Origin: Neocallimastix sp. 'constans'
Lineage: Eukaryota
Direction of reading: 5' to 3'
Assembly (NCBI GenBank): GCA_050613775.1
Contig: JBODTK010000122.1
Span: 186,001 to 250,000, forward strand
Length of the DNA: 64,000 nucleotides
Below, in pieces: positions 43,824 through 56,100 of the stretch (its first letter is position 1; the number at the start of each line of letters is the position of its first letter). The notes under the pieces are model-generated. The model made no database searches, was not told the DNA's origin, and worked only from the letters and a program-made list of their open reading frames with translations. The translations under genes were made by a program, and so were the position numbers.

Positions 43824-45527
43824 TTAATATGAAGTACCAGCATTTATAACAAATTTATTTTCAAGTTCTCTATCAATAATTTTTTTAATAATATCTTTTT
43901 CTTCCTCAGTAAATTCATTAATTGGGAAATCATCTTTAATGTTAGCACAATGGAAAGTATCTGTCCATTCTACATTATCTAAATCTTCATAGAACCAACC
44001 TTCAAATCTTAAAAGTTGATTATCATATTTTGGATCATGTTTATCCTTAATAATATGATCATTCCAAAACATAATATTACCATCACGATCCGTATGACCA
44101 ATGTGTCCACATAATTGCTTTTGATTTGGATCATCGATATCTTCACCATAATTAATTTCACCAACATAAATAATTGGATGTGGAATAACTGAATATGGTT
44201 CTCTAGCCATATCAAATGCCATCCAATAAGTTTCTTTATCACCAAATACATGTTGATAAACGACACGATCTCTAATCTTTCTTTCATTAAATTTACAAGT
44301 CTCTAAGATACCCAAAAATCTTTTACTCTTATTAATAACAACAGTGGAAGATTCCATTTCATGAGAAGAAAGTTCATTGTAGAAACGAGAATTCTTTGCA
44401 TAATCACTTGGATCTACCATCCATTCATGAAGCCAAGCAGAACCTCCGTGTGGACCTGGATATAATGTTCTATCTTTAAAAAATAAAGCACCAGTTTTTT
44501 GATATTCTTCATCGTCAAACCATAGCGCTGGATCACGAATATATGTAGCATCAGCATCAATTAAAATAACTTCTTCAAAACGAGAAGCTAATATAGAGAA
44601 TGGTTTAACAGCCCAACCTTGAATGAATATAATATCATTATCAAAAAATTTTGTAACATCGGTACAAAAAACGTGATCATAACTTTCTAAATCTTTACGA
44701 TGAGCTTCACTCAAATCAGATTCACCGACATAAAAAATTTCAATTGGAAGATTAGTTTTAATAATATTTCTTAAAGTATCAATGGTACTTTTTGCAAAAC
44801 GATAATGGTAGGAACCAGTACAAATAACTATACCTCTACCTTTGAAACTTCTTAATAAGCCGGATGGTGAAGAAAATTTAGAATAAAGCCATGGAAATAA
44901 TTTTTTATGAAGAATAGATAATAATTTTTTATCACCAGTTAAACTTTCTGCATTCATAACAACATCATTTATATTTGTTGTAGCTGCAGTGTATGGTCCA
45001 TCTCCATAAATTTTTCTCCAAAGATAAGTATGAAGCTCAGTACGATCCCTTAAATCAATAAAGTCACTATACTCTATATCCGTATTTAAATATCTGTGTG
45101 CAAAATTTTTCATTAAAATACTCATTTTTTCATTGTTTTCAGTATTTTCTTTAAGTTTTTCTTCCAAATGTTTAATTTTTTCATTTAAAAAAGCAATCTT
45201 GGATTCTTTTTCTTCAGCTTCTTCATCATATATTACTTCTTGATTATCATCATCCTTATTTTGTTTATTCTTATTTTCATTAACTTTTGGTTCTGAATTT
45301 GCATATGGGCTGTCACCATAATCGTAATCATTAATGTCAATTTCATCTTCATTATTATTTAAATTCATATGTTGTCCCGCGTTTACATTAAGAGTATCAT
45401 CCATTCTTTCTACAGTATTATTGCCATTATCATCAATATATGTAGATACTACAATTAAAGTACCAAGCAATACAATAACCGTTACTATTAATGAAGCTAT
45501 AACCTTTTTTTTTAAATATATCCTCAT
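43824..45527 (-). CDS. GT71 alpha-mannosyltransferase (MNN1/MNN2-like), type II membrane protein, intronless
   Basis: N-terminal TM after KKK, acidic/coiled stem, then GRGIVI, TLR...TNLPIEIFY, GWAVKPFSILASRFEEVILIDAD (DxD), TGALFFKDR, MESSTVVINK, FGDKETYW, QLCG. Confidence 0.88.
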   Translation of the reverse strand: MRIYLKKKVIASLIVTVIVLLGTLIVVSTYIDDNGNNTVERMDDTLNVNAGQHMNLNNNEDEIDINDYDYGDSPYANSEPKVNENKNKQNKDDDNQEVIYDEEAEEKESKIAFLNEKIKHLEEKLKENTENNEKMSILMKNFAHRYLNTDIEYSDFIDLRDRTELHTYLWRKIYGDGPYTAATTNINDVVMNAESLTGDKKLLSILHKKLFPWLYSKFSSPSGLLRSFKGRGIVICTGSYHYRFAKSTIDTLRNIIKTNLPIEIFYVGESDLSEAHRKDLESYDHVFCTDVTKFFDNDIIFIQGWAVKPFSILASRFEEVILIDADATYIRDPALWFDDEEYQKTGALFFKDRTLYPGPHGGSAWLHEWMVDPSDYAKNSRFYNELSSHEMESSTVVINKSKRFLGILETCKFNERKIRDRVVYQHVFGDKETYWMAFDMAREPYSVIPHPIIYVGEINYGEDIDDPNQKQLCGHIGHTDRDGNIMFWNDHIIKDKHDPKYDNQLLRFEGWFYEDLDNVEWTDTFHCANIKDDFPINEFTEEEKDIIKKIIDRELENKFVINAGTSY

Positions 45528-45799
45528 TTTATTTTATTTTAATGAAGTTTTAATAAATATTTATATTAATAATTTAAAAAACTATTATCTTTCTTAACAA
45601 ATATTTTTATTATATATTTAATATTTTATAAATTTAATTTTATATTTTCTTAAAAATATATATATATTTAAATACTATTTCTATTTCAAAATTTAGATAT
45701 TTTATTTACTTTTTATTTTATTTTTTTCTGAAATTATTATATTTATTTAAACAAAAAGTATTTTCAATATTTCAAAAATATCCTTAATTAAAATTTCAA

Positions 45800-45886
<87 letters not shown>

Positions 45887-46537
45887 TTTTAAATAACAAA
45901 TCTATTGCTACTTTAATTTCAAATTAATAATAACATGGAATTAAATAATTATCCCTTCTTATAAAGTTAGATTAAATAATTATGATTTTTGTTTTTATTT
46001 TGAATATACTTTTATTTGAGTCTATCTTGGATAATATACTAATATATAAATTTATCAAAAATATATATATTTATATTTTATCTTTACACTATAATTTATT
46101 TTTGTTGTAATTGTTTTTTTATTATGTATGTTTATAATTATTATTATTATAGTTATTGTTATTATTATTTATACTTTTTTCAAAATATATAAATATCATT
46201 TAATTTATCTTATATATAAATAAATATTTACAATAAAAGTAAAAATAAGATTACAAATAAAAATAAAAATAATAAAATAAATATTTAATTTAAATCAAAA
46301 ATTAGTTAACAATATTTATATATAAATTATTCTATATATAAATAGAACAAAGTATATAAAAATTGTTTATATATTTCAACTAATTTAATATATATTCATA
46401 TATATATTTTTTACTCTTTATTTTTCTTTTTAAAACATTAAAAAGAATTAAAGAATAATTAGTATTTTTTTTTAAATATGTTTTTATATAGATATATAAT
46501 ATTATAATTTTAATAAAATTGAAAAAAAAAAAAAAAT

Positions 46538-46569
<32 letters not shown>

Positions 46570-47899
46570 TATATAATTAATAATATTAGTAAACTATAAA
46601 TATAAACCTTAATTATTATAAAAATCAGGAATATTTAGTACTGAAAAATTTTTTTTATAATAGATCAGTTAAAGTAATAATGTTATTGCATGATTTTTAG
46701 TATATATCTTTTGTTTTATATTTTATTATAATAAAAAATATCTTTTTAATAAATTTTGAAATAAAAAAAAAAAATGAAATTAAAAACATAAGATATAAGA
46801 AGTAGAAATTAAAATAAATTCGAAAAAAAAGTAAAAAATAGAAATAATGTAAAAATGGTAAATAAAAAAAAAAAAAATGAGCAAAATCAAATTTAATGTA
46901 AAAAGTTAACATATAATTATATAAACAATAATTGTATTTATTTTTTAATTTTGAAAAGATTTTTTTAATATTATATTATATAAATAATATAATTACTATT
47001 GAAAATATTTATCGTTTAAAATTATAAATTATAATTACTAATTATTATAAAACATTTTTCTTTAAATTTAAATCTTTTTTTTTTTCTAATTAGATTAAAT
47101 TTCTCTTATTTTTTTTTTTTTTTTTTTTTTTTTGAAATTGAATAAATTATTAATTAATAATAATTATTGTTAAATGTACAACGTAAAAATAAAGTACCAT
47201 TTAAAACACAAACACAATAAATAATAAAATTATAAACTATAATAAAATTTAATAATTATAATAAAAAAAGCTTATATATTAATAAAAATATAAAACTAAA
47301 AGTAATAATAATTATTAAAATGATAAATATTTAATAATAATAATAATAATAATGAAATTAAATAATGATAATAATAAAATAATAATTGTAATAATTATTT
47401 AAATATTAAATAAAAGATTTATTATAATTAATAATTATTTTTTGAATAATTAAAACCAATATATAATAATTTGTTTTATAAATATATTTTTGATTCAAAT
47501 ATTTTTTTTTATTGTAGTATAGAAAAAGATTATTAATATTATATATAATAAATGATACTAAAACAAATTTAAATATATAATAATTTAAAATTTATACGAT
47601 ATATAATAAATGATACTAAAACAAATTTAAATATATAATAATTTAAAATTTATACGATAATAGAAAAAACTAAGATTAAATTATCAATATTTGTACATAT
47701 ATATAAATTTTTTTATTATAAAAAAAAATTAATAGTATAATGAAAATTTTAATATAAAAAAAAGTTTAATAATTTTTAAAGTTCATACTTCTTAAAAATT
47801 AATGAACTTTTTATTTATTAAATATTATTTTGATATATATTGATTGATAATCAAATTAATCGTCATATTCACTTCAAAATAGTTAACAACAAATAAATC

Positions 47900-48956
47900 T
47901 GAATTAAGAACATTATTAACCTAGCAATTATTGTTTGGATGTTAGTACTTTGAATTTCCAAACATATAAAGGTGAATACTCCGGGTGATATATTGAAAGT
48001 TTGAACCGAAATACTGTTGATTCTATCGATTAAGTTGTTAGAAACAACCTATATTAGTTTTAGAGAGTTCAAACTAGTTCTTCCTAAATCTACAACAACT
48101 ATCACTCCAACTTCCCTTTCCACAATTATTGCTAGATCTACAGCTACTATCAATCCTGGACATAATGTATATTTGTTCTAACATGTATTTACTAATAAGT
48201 GCTTGTATGCATTATCTTATGTAAATGGTAAGATCACTGTCAAAATTTGTGATGAGACTGTTTATTCCAAGTGGATGGTGCTATCATCACATATAGGTTA
48301 CTTCTATTCAATGGCTTACCTTGATTACTACTTTCATATTGATGATGTAAACAATAAATCTCTCCATTTAGCAATAGATATAAGATGATACATGATAACG
48401 ATGGTTTCTTAGGATTGATTGGTTCCATTGAAAAGGGTATGAGTTTCTTAGGTGAGAATGGTATGTTGTAACGAAGTCTTCAATTAGAAAAGTTATAACC
48501 ATGGTCTAATAGTTAGTTTCCTTGACCATGACTATTGCTTCATGAGTTTGACTCACACCTCAACCCATTTTGTAAAAAATATTTATTTTATTAATAACCT
48601 CTTTAATATTCTTTCCGTAAAAATTATAAAAAATAAATATATTCTTTTGGTTTGTAAATTTAGCCAAAATGAATTTATAAATTCTTATTTTAGTAATAAT
48701 TAACGACGTAAAGTCTCTTAAAATAGATTCTAATTGATGAATCTTATAGAAAAAAAAAAAAAAATAAAATAAAATAAAATAATTTCTAATATCTTTCGAA
48801 AAACCTCTATAATATTATTAATACATTTTAAAATTGGTTTTTTCCATAAAAGTATAAGTAGTACAAATTTCGTGATTGAAAATATTTTTCTTCTTGTTTT
48901 TTATTAATTAACTTATAAGTAATTTGAAATAATACATCGATTAATTAATTAATTAT

Positions 48957-48988
<32 letters not shown>

Positions 48989-49690
48989 TTTTTAATATAT
49001 TAATAAAATCTATCTTTTAATAAAAAATATTCCTTTTTCTCATTCTAGTGTGCCGACTTGTCGTGTCAACCCCTCCCATTACATATGTATAATAATGAAA
49101 TAGAATTTAATTTAAATAATTGTGCTAAAAGTGATAATGAAGAATTCTATAACTAGAATTATAATTCAACTTTAACTTCTGTCTGGTTTTTGGAAGCTCT
49201 AAGCTATCCATGTTGTTCTGGTCTAAATGTTATTGTTGCTACTTCTGATAGTGATGGTTAATGATTAATAGTGTGGTACACTTGGATTTGAAACAAATAA
49301 TCCTACTCTTACTCCTACTGTTAAAACAAAAACTAACTATTTGTACAAGGCAAAGATGAATAAATATATACACACAAATAATATGATAATATCTTAGGTT
49401 CTCCAATTACATTAGCTGATTGTGAATACACTACTTATTCTCTTTGGGATATTTCATGATGGTCATTTCAATTTAAAATTTAATGGAAATAATAAACATT
49501 GTCTAATGGTTGCCAATAGTGCATCCTTAGTTTTTGGTAAATGGGGAAACAATGGTATCACTTTCTATCGAAATAGTAATTATATTATATCTTCATTATA
49601 TGAAGATAAATGCATTACGTTAAATAATAATAATAGTTTAGTTATAATTGATTGTAATGAGTCAAACTCGTTATTATTGAAATAGAATAT
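47900..49690 (+). pseudogene. Decayed gene for a ricin-B (CBM13-like) repeat protein with a fungal dockerin, interrupted by an insertion
   Basis: Fragments with stops and frameshifts: NYCLDVS; Thr-rich linker STTTITPTSLST; TNKCLYA..ITVKICDETVYSKW; dockerin relic WFLEALSYPCCSGLNVIVATSDSDG* (~49180-49260); ITLADCEY..LWD, KHCL, DKCITL..LVIIDCNES. Confidence 0.65.
48390..49083 (-). mobile_element. Putative LTR-retrotransposon fragment (LTR 49083-48571 plus decayed Copia-like gag start)
   Basis: 513-bp segment bounded by TGTAA...TTACA. On the minus strand it is followed after 3 nt by TGG (PBS position), then a frame reading LLDHGYNFSN*RLR...KKL. No TSD or second LTR seen. Confidence 0.4.
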
Positions 49691-49784
49691 TTGATATTAC
49701 TCAACTATTCTATTTCAATCTTTAGACAAATAAATAAATAAATAAATAAATATGTCATGTTCAAAAAAATAAAATAAAAATAAA

Positions 49785-49825
<41 letters not shown>

Positions 49826-49836
49826 AATTATGACAA

Positions 49837-50015
49837 ATGAAAATAATGAATAAAGATAATATATTTAATAATAATACAGAAAATATAAACCCATTTAACT
49901 CTTTTGATTTTAATTATAACACCCCTAACAGTAATTCTAGTAATAATAGCTGTAGTAATAGAAATTGTCCACTATTATTAGAACTTGCTAATAATAATGT
50001 TGAAATGATCAAACT
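49837..50015 (+). pseudogene. Isolated single ankyrin-repeat fragment
   Basis: NRNCPLLLELANNNVEMIKL resembles repeats of the 23502-25940 gene (NGNSPLIKAIGQNNIDLVKLL); runs into poly-T. Confidence 0.4.
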
Positions 50016-50166
50016 TTTTTTTTTTTATTTATTAATTTTTATTTTTATTATTATTTTTATTTTATTTTTTATTAATTTAATATATAATATGTATAAAACG
50101 ATTAGATTATTGTTATCATTTTTTATGTATTATATTTAAATATTAAAAATGTTTTTATATATTATA

Positions 50167-50201
<35 letters not shown>

Positions 50202-50343
50202 CTTTTAAAATTTTCTATTTTCTAATATGCAATTTTTATTTATTTTATGTTTTTATAATTATTTTATTTTATTTTTTATTTTTAAATAAATTATTTATTA
50301 TATGTATAAATTAATATTATTATCATTATTATTAAGTTACTGT

Positions 50344-53300
50344 TTATTGTGTTTTAGCTTTACTATTAATTTCTTTAATCTTTTGTAAATGCTTTGTTAT
50401 ACCCTTAACCATGAGAATAATAGCAATAAATGCAATAATAGAAAATACTTGAATCAAGCATAGACTAATACCACCAATCATATATCTTGGTGCGAAGACA
50501 CTCCATAACATTAAATGTCTCTTATGAGAACCTGCAGAAATAACAGACATAACCTGTGGGAAACCATAGGCAATAGAATATTTTATGAAGGCTTTACATA
50601 TAGACTTTACCATTGTTTTTTCATTTTCATTTGTAGTTTCTTGTTTCCAAAATACAAATAATGGAATAAAGAAGCAACTAAGTATTTCTCCTGAAAGAAT
50701 ATTTAAAACCATAATAAATCCACCTTTAATAAAATTAAGTTCTTTTTGACCGATAAATGCAAGTGACCAATCAATTGATTGAAGAGTAGACTGATGGCCA
50801 GTTCTAAAGAAGATATGAAAAGTAAGTAAAGATGTGGCGACAGCATAAATAAGTGGAACATTAAAAGAAGATGATTCATTACATGTAACTTCAATTAATT
50901 CCTCATGAGATAATCTCATATAATGACCATCACTTGTTTTTAAATTATACATAATCCTATTCTTTTTGTTACTGTCATTATCACTATTTTCATTCTTATT
51001 TTTATTTTTAGATTGGGAAGCTTCTTCTCCTTGATTTTCATTATTTTCATTATTTTCTTCTTCAATTTCTTTTAACAATTTTCTTTTTTCTTCTACCGGT
51101 TTCTTAATCCAAAAGGCCTCAGCATTTAGTAAAATTTTATTAGATTCCTTTTCCAATGAACTAATTTCTAATAAACAAATAAAGGCACAGAAACATAAGA
51201 CAACTACTAGAGTACTGAAAGGTTTTGAAACAAGAATGATTGACATTGTAACAATTGAAATTAAAATTAAGTAGGAGCTACCTAAATGATTTTTAATGCC
51301 ATAGAAATTTAACGTGTTTATATTTTTATCAGCTTTAGAAGGTTCAACTTTAGCTTCCAAAGTTACTGGGAACATTATCCAAATAGCCAATGAAAGAATT
51401 GGAATAACAATGTACCCATATCTAGCAAGATAATATTTAATTTCAGATAGGAATTTTAAATGAGGTGGAAGTAAATTTAAAGCTTCTAAGGTATCAATAC
51501 CCCAGTAAAAAGCAGAAGATGCTAAACCACTTGGTACTAAATATCTAATAATTGGTTTAGCAATTTCATAGTAGTTATCGTTTAAAATCTTTTTTAAAAA
51601 GTATGGGAAAAAGACTAAACTTCCAACAGCAATATAATAGTTAGGGAGAGAAGTTTTAATAGTGGTATCACATTTTCCCTTCCTTTCATCTCTACATAAT
51701 TCGAAATAAGATGTTATTCTAATAATGAGCATATAGATAATAGCGTATGTAATCATTTTGTTTCTAATTTGACTAATTTGCTGTCTAAATGCTTTCCAAA
51801 TGAAATAGATACCAATGGACTGTAAAACATATTGAACAATGGAATCTTCATAAATAATATAACTATCTGAGTTGACAAGGAATCCATGAATAGTAATAAT
51901 TGCAATAGGAAGAAGTTCAAATTTCAATTTACAAATATATGGATAAACATTTTCGATAATTGATTTTCTACCATTTGGAACAAGAAGATAACTTAAAAGA
52001 TAACCAATGCTTGCCCCAAAAGAAAAACCTCCTAAGAATACTTGATATGGTTCAAGTTTAAGAGTTACACCAAATAAGGTTTTAATTAACTTCTCGAAAA
52101 CTCCGTAATACATTAATATAGCAGTAAAAGAACCAATACCAAATGGGAAATAATAATGATGTGTAGAATTAAATTCAATGACATTATGATTACTTAATAA
52201 GTAAACAACTTGACATAATATACCAAGAATTAATATAAAAATACCAAATGTGAAAAGAGGTACATTGAATTTAGCCCAAACTTTACGGAAACTAGTTAAA
52301 GCTTGTCTATTATAAGTAAAATAATCATAAATAATACCTCTTAATTCTTCAATATCGTCATCAAAAATACCATCTTTATGATTTTCAATAAAAGCTTTCA
52401 ATTTATTTTCAAGGGATTGATATTTTTCTTTAGCAACTTTTCTTGTATTTTTATTATTAGCATAATAAGTTTCAATAAAACTTTGTAATTGATAAGTATT
52501 GATATGAAGAGCTTCCATTAAATTTTGTAATATGTTGGCTTCAATGTTTTTATTTTTACCGTATGGTGATGGATACCAGAATAATTCTGGAATAATTGTA
52601 CCAATATTTTCGAATGGAATTGGTAAGCCAAGTAATAATGCAAAAGTTGGAGCAAAATCAATTTGAGGAACAGTTCTATATATTTCATGTTCAGATTCTG
52701 TCTCAATTGGCTTTAAGCCTTTGATAAAGTTTTGGAGATAGCTTTTATCAGAATTTTTAATAGTAAGTTCTTTTTTACTATAAAAAAATAGACTGGCATT
52801 AAGTTCATTTTCAGTTTCACCTCCATGATCGCCTTCATCACTCATACCATGATCACCCATAATAATTAAAACAGTATCATCATCAAGTTCTTCAACAACA
52901 TTTTCGATAATACCATTCATTTCTCTTAGTTTTAAGTCCATATGTTCATTATTTGGTTCATAACGATGACCACAATGATCAACACCTAAAAAGTGAGCAA
53001 ATAAAATATCCCAATCTTTTTCTTTTTGCTTTAAAGTAGGGAATAAGTGTTCTTTAATTTTATTATCAACACTATATAAATCCCAAACATTTAAAGAATC
53101 ACATGGAATACTAGTTTCATCTAAATATTCACCAAATAAGGACATCCAGGTATCATCACCCATAAACCTTATTTTTTTACCATTTGAAACAATCTTTTGA
53201 ATAAGATTATCCTCAGTAATTGCTGAAGCAGCAAAATTCTTACCAGCATCAATAAACGTGGGTAATGTACCAGTTGTCAAACCTTTAAGTCTTTGCATTG

Positions 53301-53796
53301 TTGTTGTTGGTGGATCTGATTTAAATTGGAATTCAAATGCATTATTTGGTTGTTCAGTTAATAATTTATGAATAATTGTTAATTTATTTGAATAGTAAGG
53401 ATTGATTTTATTCATATCATCTTCCCAATGAAGAAAATCATATCTTAAAGCATCAATAAGTAAAACAACAGCTCTCTTAAAACGTCTCGGGTACCAACAA
53501 GTCTCCTCTATATTTGAGTTGGCTTCAACTATTTCTGGATTAATTTGATTTCCTGTATAATTGAATTGTTGATTCCAAAGATTTTCTTGTTTAATTAAAC
53601 TACATTGATTACGATTTTCTAAAGCTCTACGAGATAAAAGAAAACCTTGTGAAAAAATTAATACACCAGAAAACATAACAAGAAATACAAATAGTTCAAG
53701 CCATATAATATTTCTATATGTTTTTCGCTTTATACTTTGTCCATATTCTGGAAATGAAGTCTTTATCATTCGCGAATATTTTGTTTTAATATCCAT
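50344..53796 (-). CDS. GPI13: GPI ethanolamine phosphate transferase 3 (GPI13/PIG-O), intronless
   Basis: F.QGFLLSR, IDALRYDF, DPPTTTMQRLKGLTTGTLPTFIDAG, GDDTW, HFLGVDHCGH, GDHGM..GDHGG, QIDFAPT..LGLPIPF, multi-TM C-terminus with TGHQ and RHLMLWSVFAPRY. Confidence 0.93.
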   Translation of the reverse strand: MDIKTKYSRMIKTSFPEYGQSIKRKTYRNIIWLELFVFLVMFSGVLIFSQGFLLSRRALENRNQCSLIKQENLWNQQFNYTGNQINPEIVEANSNIEETCWYPRRFKRAVVLLIDALRYDFLHWEDDMNKINPYYSNKLTIIHKLLTEQPNNAFEFQFKSDPPTTTMQRLKGLTTGTLPTFIDAGKNFAASAITEDNLIQKIVSNGKKIRFMGDDTWMSLFGEYLDETSIPCDSLNVWDLYSVDNKIKEHLFPTLKQKEKDWDILFAHFLGVDHCGHRYEPNNEHMDLKLREMNGIIENVVEELDDDTVLIIMGDHGMSDEGDHGGETENELNASLFFYSKKELTIKNSDKSYLQNFIKGLKPIETESEHEIYRTVPQIDFAPTFALLLGLPIPFENIGTIIPELFWYPSPYGKNKNIEANILQNLMEALHINTYQLQSFIETYYANNKNTRKVAKEKYQSLENKLKAFIENHKDGIFDDDIEELRGIIYDYFTYNRQALTSFRKVWAKFNVPLFTFGIFILILGILCQVVYLLSNHNVIEFNSTHHYYFPFGIGSFTAILMYYGVFEKLIKTLFGVTLKLEPYQVFLGGFSFGASIGYLLSYLLVPNGRKSIIENVYPYICKLKFELLPIAIITIHGFLVNSDSYIIYEDSIVQYVLQSIGIYFIWKAFRQQISQIRNKMITYAIIYMLIIRITSYFELCRDERKGKCDTTIKTSLPNYYIAVGSLVFFPYFLKKILNDNYYEIAKPIIRYLVPSGLASSAFYWGIDTLEALNLLPPHLKFLSEIKYYLARYGYIVIPILSLAIWIMFPVTLEAKVEPSKADKNINTLNFYGIKNHLGSSYLILISIVTMSIILVSKPFSTLVVVLCFCAFICLLEISSLEKESNKILLNAEAFWIKKPVEEKRKLLKEIEEENNENNENQGEEASQSKNKNKNENSDNDSNKKNRIMYNLKTSDGHYMRLSHEELIEVTCNESSSFNVPLIYAVATSLLTFHIFFRTGHQSTLQSIDWSLAFIGQKELNFIKGGFIMVLNILSGEILSCFFIPLFVFWKQETTNENEKTMVKSICKAFIKYSIAYGFPQVMSVISAGSHKRHLMLWSVFAPRYMIGGISLCLIQVFSIIAFIAIILMVKGITKHLQKIKEINSKAKTQ

Positions 53797-54559
53797 TTTG
53801 ATTATATTATTATTATTATTATTATTATTTTTACTATTTTTACTATTTTTATTATTTTTATTATTTTTATTATTTTGTAAATTATAAATCCATCAAATAC
53901 AAATATATAAAATATAAATAATCTACTCTATTTATATTAATTATTAAACATAAAAATAAAAATTTTAAAATGAAAAAAAAATAAAAATATAAATTAAATT
54001 ATTTTATTTATTTATTTATTTTCAAGTTTACCTTTTATTTATTTATATTAATTTTTTTTTACAATAAATACTTTTACACAATCTATTTCTATTTTCTTTT
54101 AAATATATTACTATTAATATTATAATATACAATTAATATAATTATTTATTTCTTTACTTTTTTTAAAATTTTTAATTATTAGATAATTAGAAGTGTTTTT
54201 TTTTTTTTTTGTTTTTTTTTGTTTTTTTTTGTTTTTTTTTAATTTTTTTTTAAAGAAACAAAAAAAAAATTTAATACAATTAATTATAATATTTATTATT
54301 ATTAATATAATTATAAATTAATAATTAAATCTATTAAAAATTTAAATCTTTTATTTTTAATAGATTTGATTATTAATCATACATTTTATAATAAAAAATA
54401 AAGATCATATTAATAATATATTGGTAATATATTATTAATTTATAAAGATTAATATTTATATATATATTTTGAATTTCTATATAAATGAGAAATGATAAAC
54501 TTTTGTTAATACACAAGGATTAAATTTTTAAAATAGATTCCAAAAGTATAATGTATTAT

Positions 54560-56100
54560 TTTATAAAATAAAATAAAATAAAATAAATAGTAGAAATATG
54601 AGTATAAAGTTCAGATTGAATAAAATAAAATAAAATAAATAGTAGAAATATGAGTATAAAGTTCAGATTGAATAAAATAAAATAAAATAAATAGTTGAAA
54701 TATGAATATAAAGTTCAGATTGAATAAAATAAAATAAAATATAAAATAAAATAAAATAAATATTGAATGTAATAATATAAAAGTGCAAGTATATAAAATA
54801 AAATAAAATAAAATAAAATAAAATAAAATAAAATAAATAGCTAAAATATAAATATAAAGTACAGATTGAATAAAATAAAATAAAATAAAATAAAATAAAA
54901 TAAAATAAAATAAAATAAATAGCTAAAATATAAATATAAAGTACAGATTGAATAAAATAAAATAAAATAAAATAAAATAAAATAAAATAAAATAAAATAA
55001 ATAGTAGAATATTAAATATAAAGTATAGAATGAATAAAATAAAATAAAATAAAATAAAATAAAATAAAATAAAATAAAATAAAATAAAATAAAATAAATA
55101 GTAGAATATTAAATATAAAGTATAGAATGAATAAAATAAAATAAAATAAATAGTAGAATATTAAATATAAAGTATAGAATGAATAAAATAAAATAAAATA
55201 AAATAAAATAAAATAAAATAAAATAAAATAAATAGTAGAATATTAAATATAAAGTATAGAATGAATAAAATAAAATAAAATAAAATAAAATAAAATAAAA
55301 TAAAATAAAATAAAATAAAATAAAATAAAATAAAATAAAATAAAATAAAATAAAATAAAATAAAATAAAATAAAATAAAATAAAATAAAATAAAATAAAA
55401 TAAATAGCTAAAATATAAATATAAAGTACAGATTGAATAAAATAAAATAAAATAAAATGAATAGTTGAAATATAAATATAAACTACAAATTGAATAAAAT
55501 AAAATAAAATAAAATAAAATAAAATAAAATAAAATAAAATAAAATAAAATAAAATAAAATAAAATAAAATAAAATAAAATAAAATAAAATAAATAGCTAA
55601 AATATAAATATAAAGTACAGATTGAATAAAATAAAATAAAATAAAATAAAATAAAATAAAATAAAATAAAATAAAATAAAATAAAATAAAATAAATAGCT
55701 AAAATATAAATATAAAGTACAGATTGAATAAAATAAAATAAAATAAAATAAAATAAAATAAAATAAAATAAAATAAAATAAAATAAAATAAATAGCTAAA
55801 ATATAAATATAAAGTACAGATTGAATAAAATAAAATAAAATAAAATAAAATAAAATAAAATAAAATAAAATAAAATAAAATAAAATAAAATAAAATAAAA
55901 TAAAATAAAATAAAATAAAATAAAATAAAATAAAATAAAATAAATAGCTAAAATATAAATTTAAAGTACAGATTGAATAAAATAAAATAAAATAAAATAA
56001 AATAAAATAAATAGTAGAATATGAATATAAAGTACAGATTGAATAAAATAAAATAAAATAAAATAAATAGTAGTAATATGAGTATAAAAAACAGAAAGAA
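54560..56100. repeat. Compound satellite: about 18 copies of a 33-bp core separated by variable (TAAAA)n
   Basis: Core variants TAGCTAAAATATAAATATAAAGTACAGATTGAA, TAGTAGAATATTAAATATAAAGTATAGAATGAA and TAGTAGAAATATGAGTATAAAGTTCAGATTGAA. Confidence 0.92.

Noticed and set aside
48545..48580. Integrase-like FTKWVEV peptide on the minus strand
   Set aside because: Only seven residues, followed by a stop. It straddles the putative LTR end/PBS and no DDE motifs follow.
54560..56100. CRISPR array
   Set aside because: Spacers are (TAAAA)n microsatellite, not unique sequences. There are no cas genes and the context is eukaryotic.
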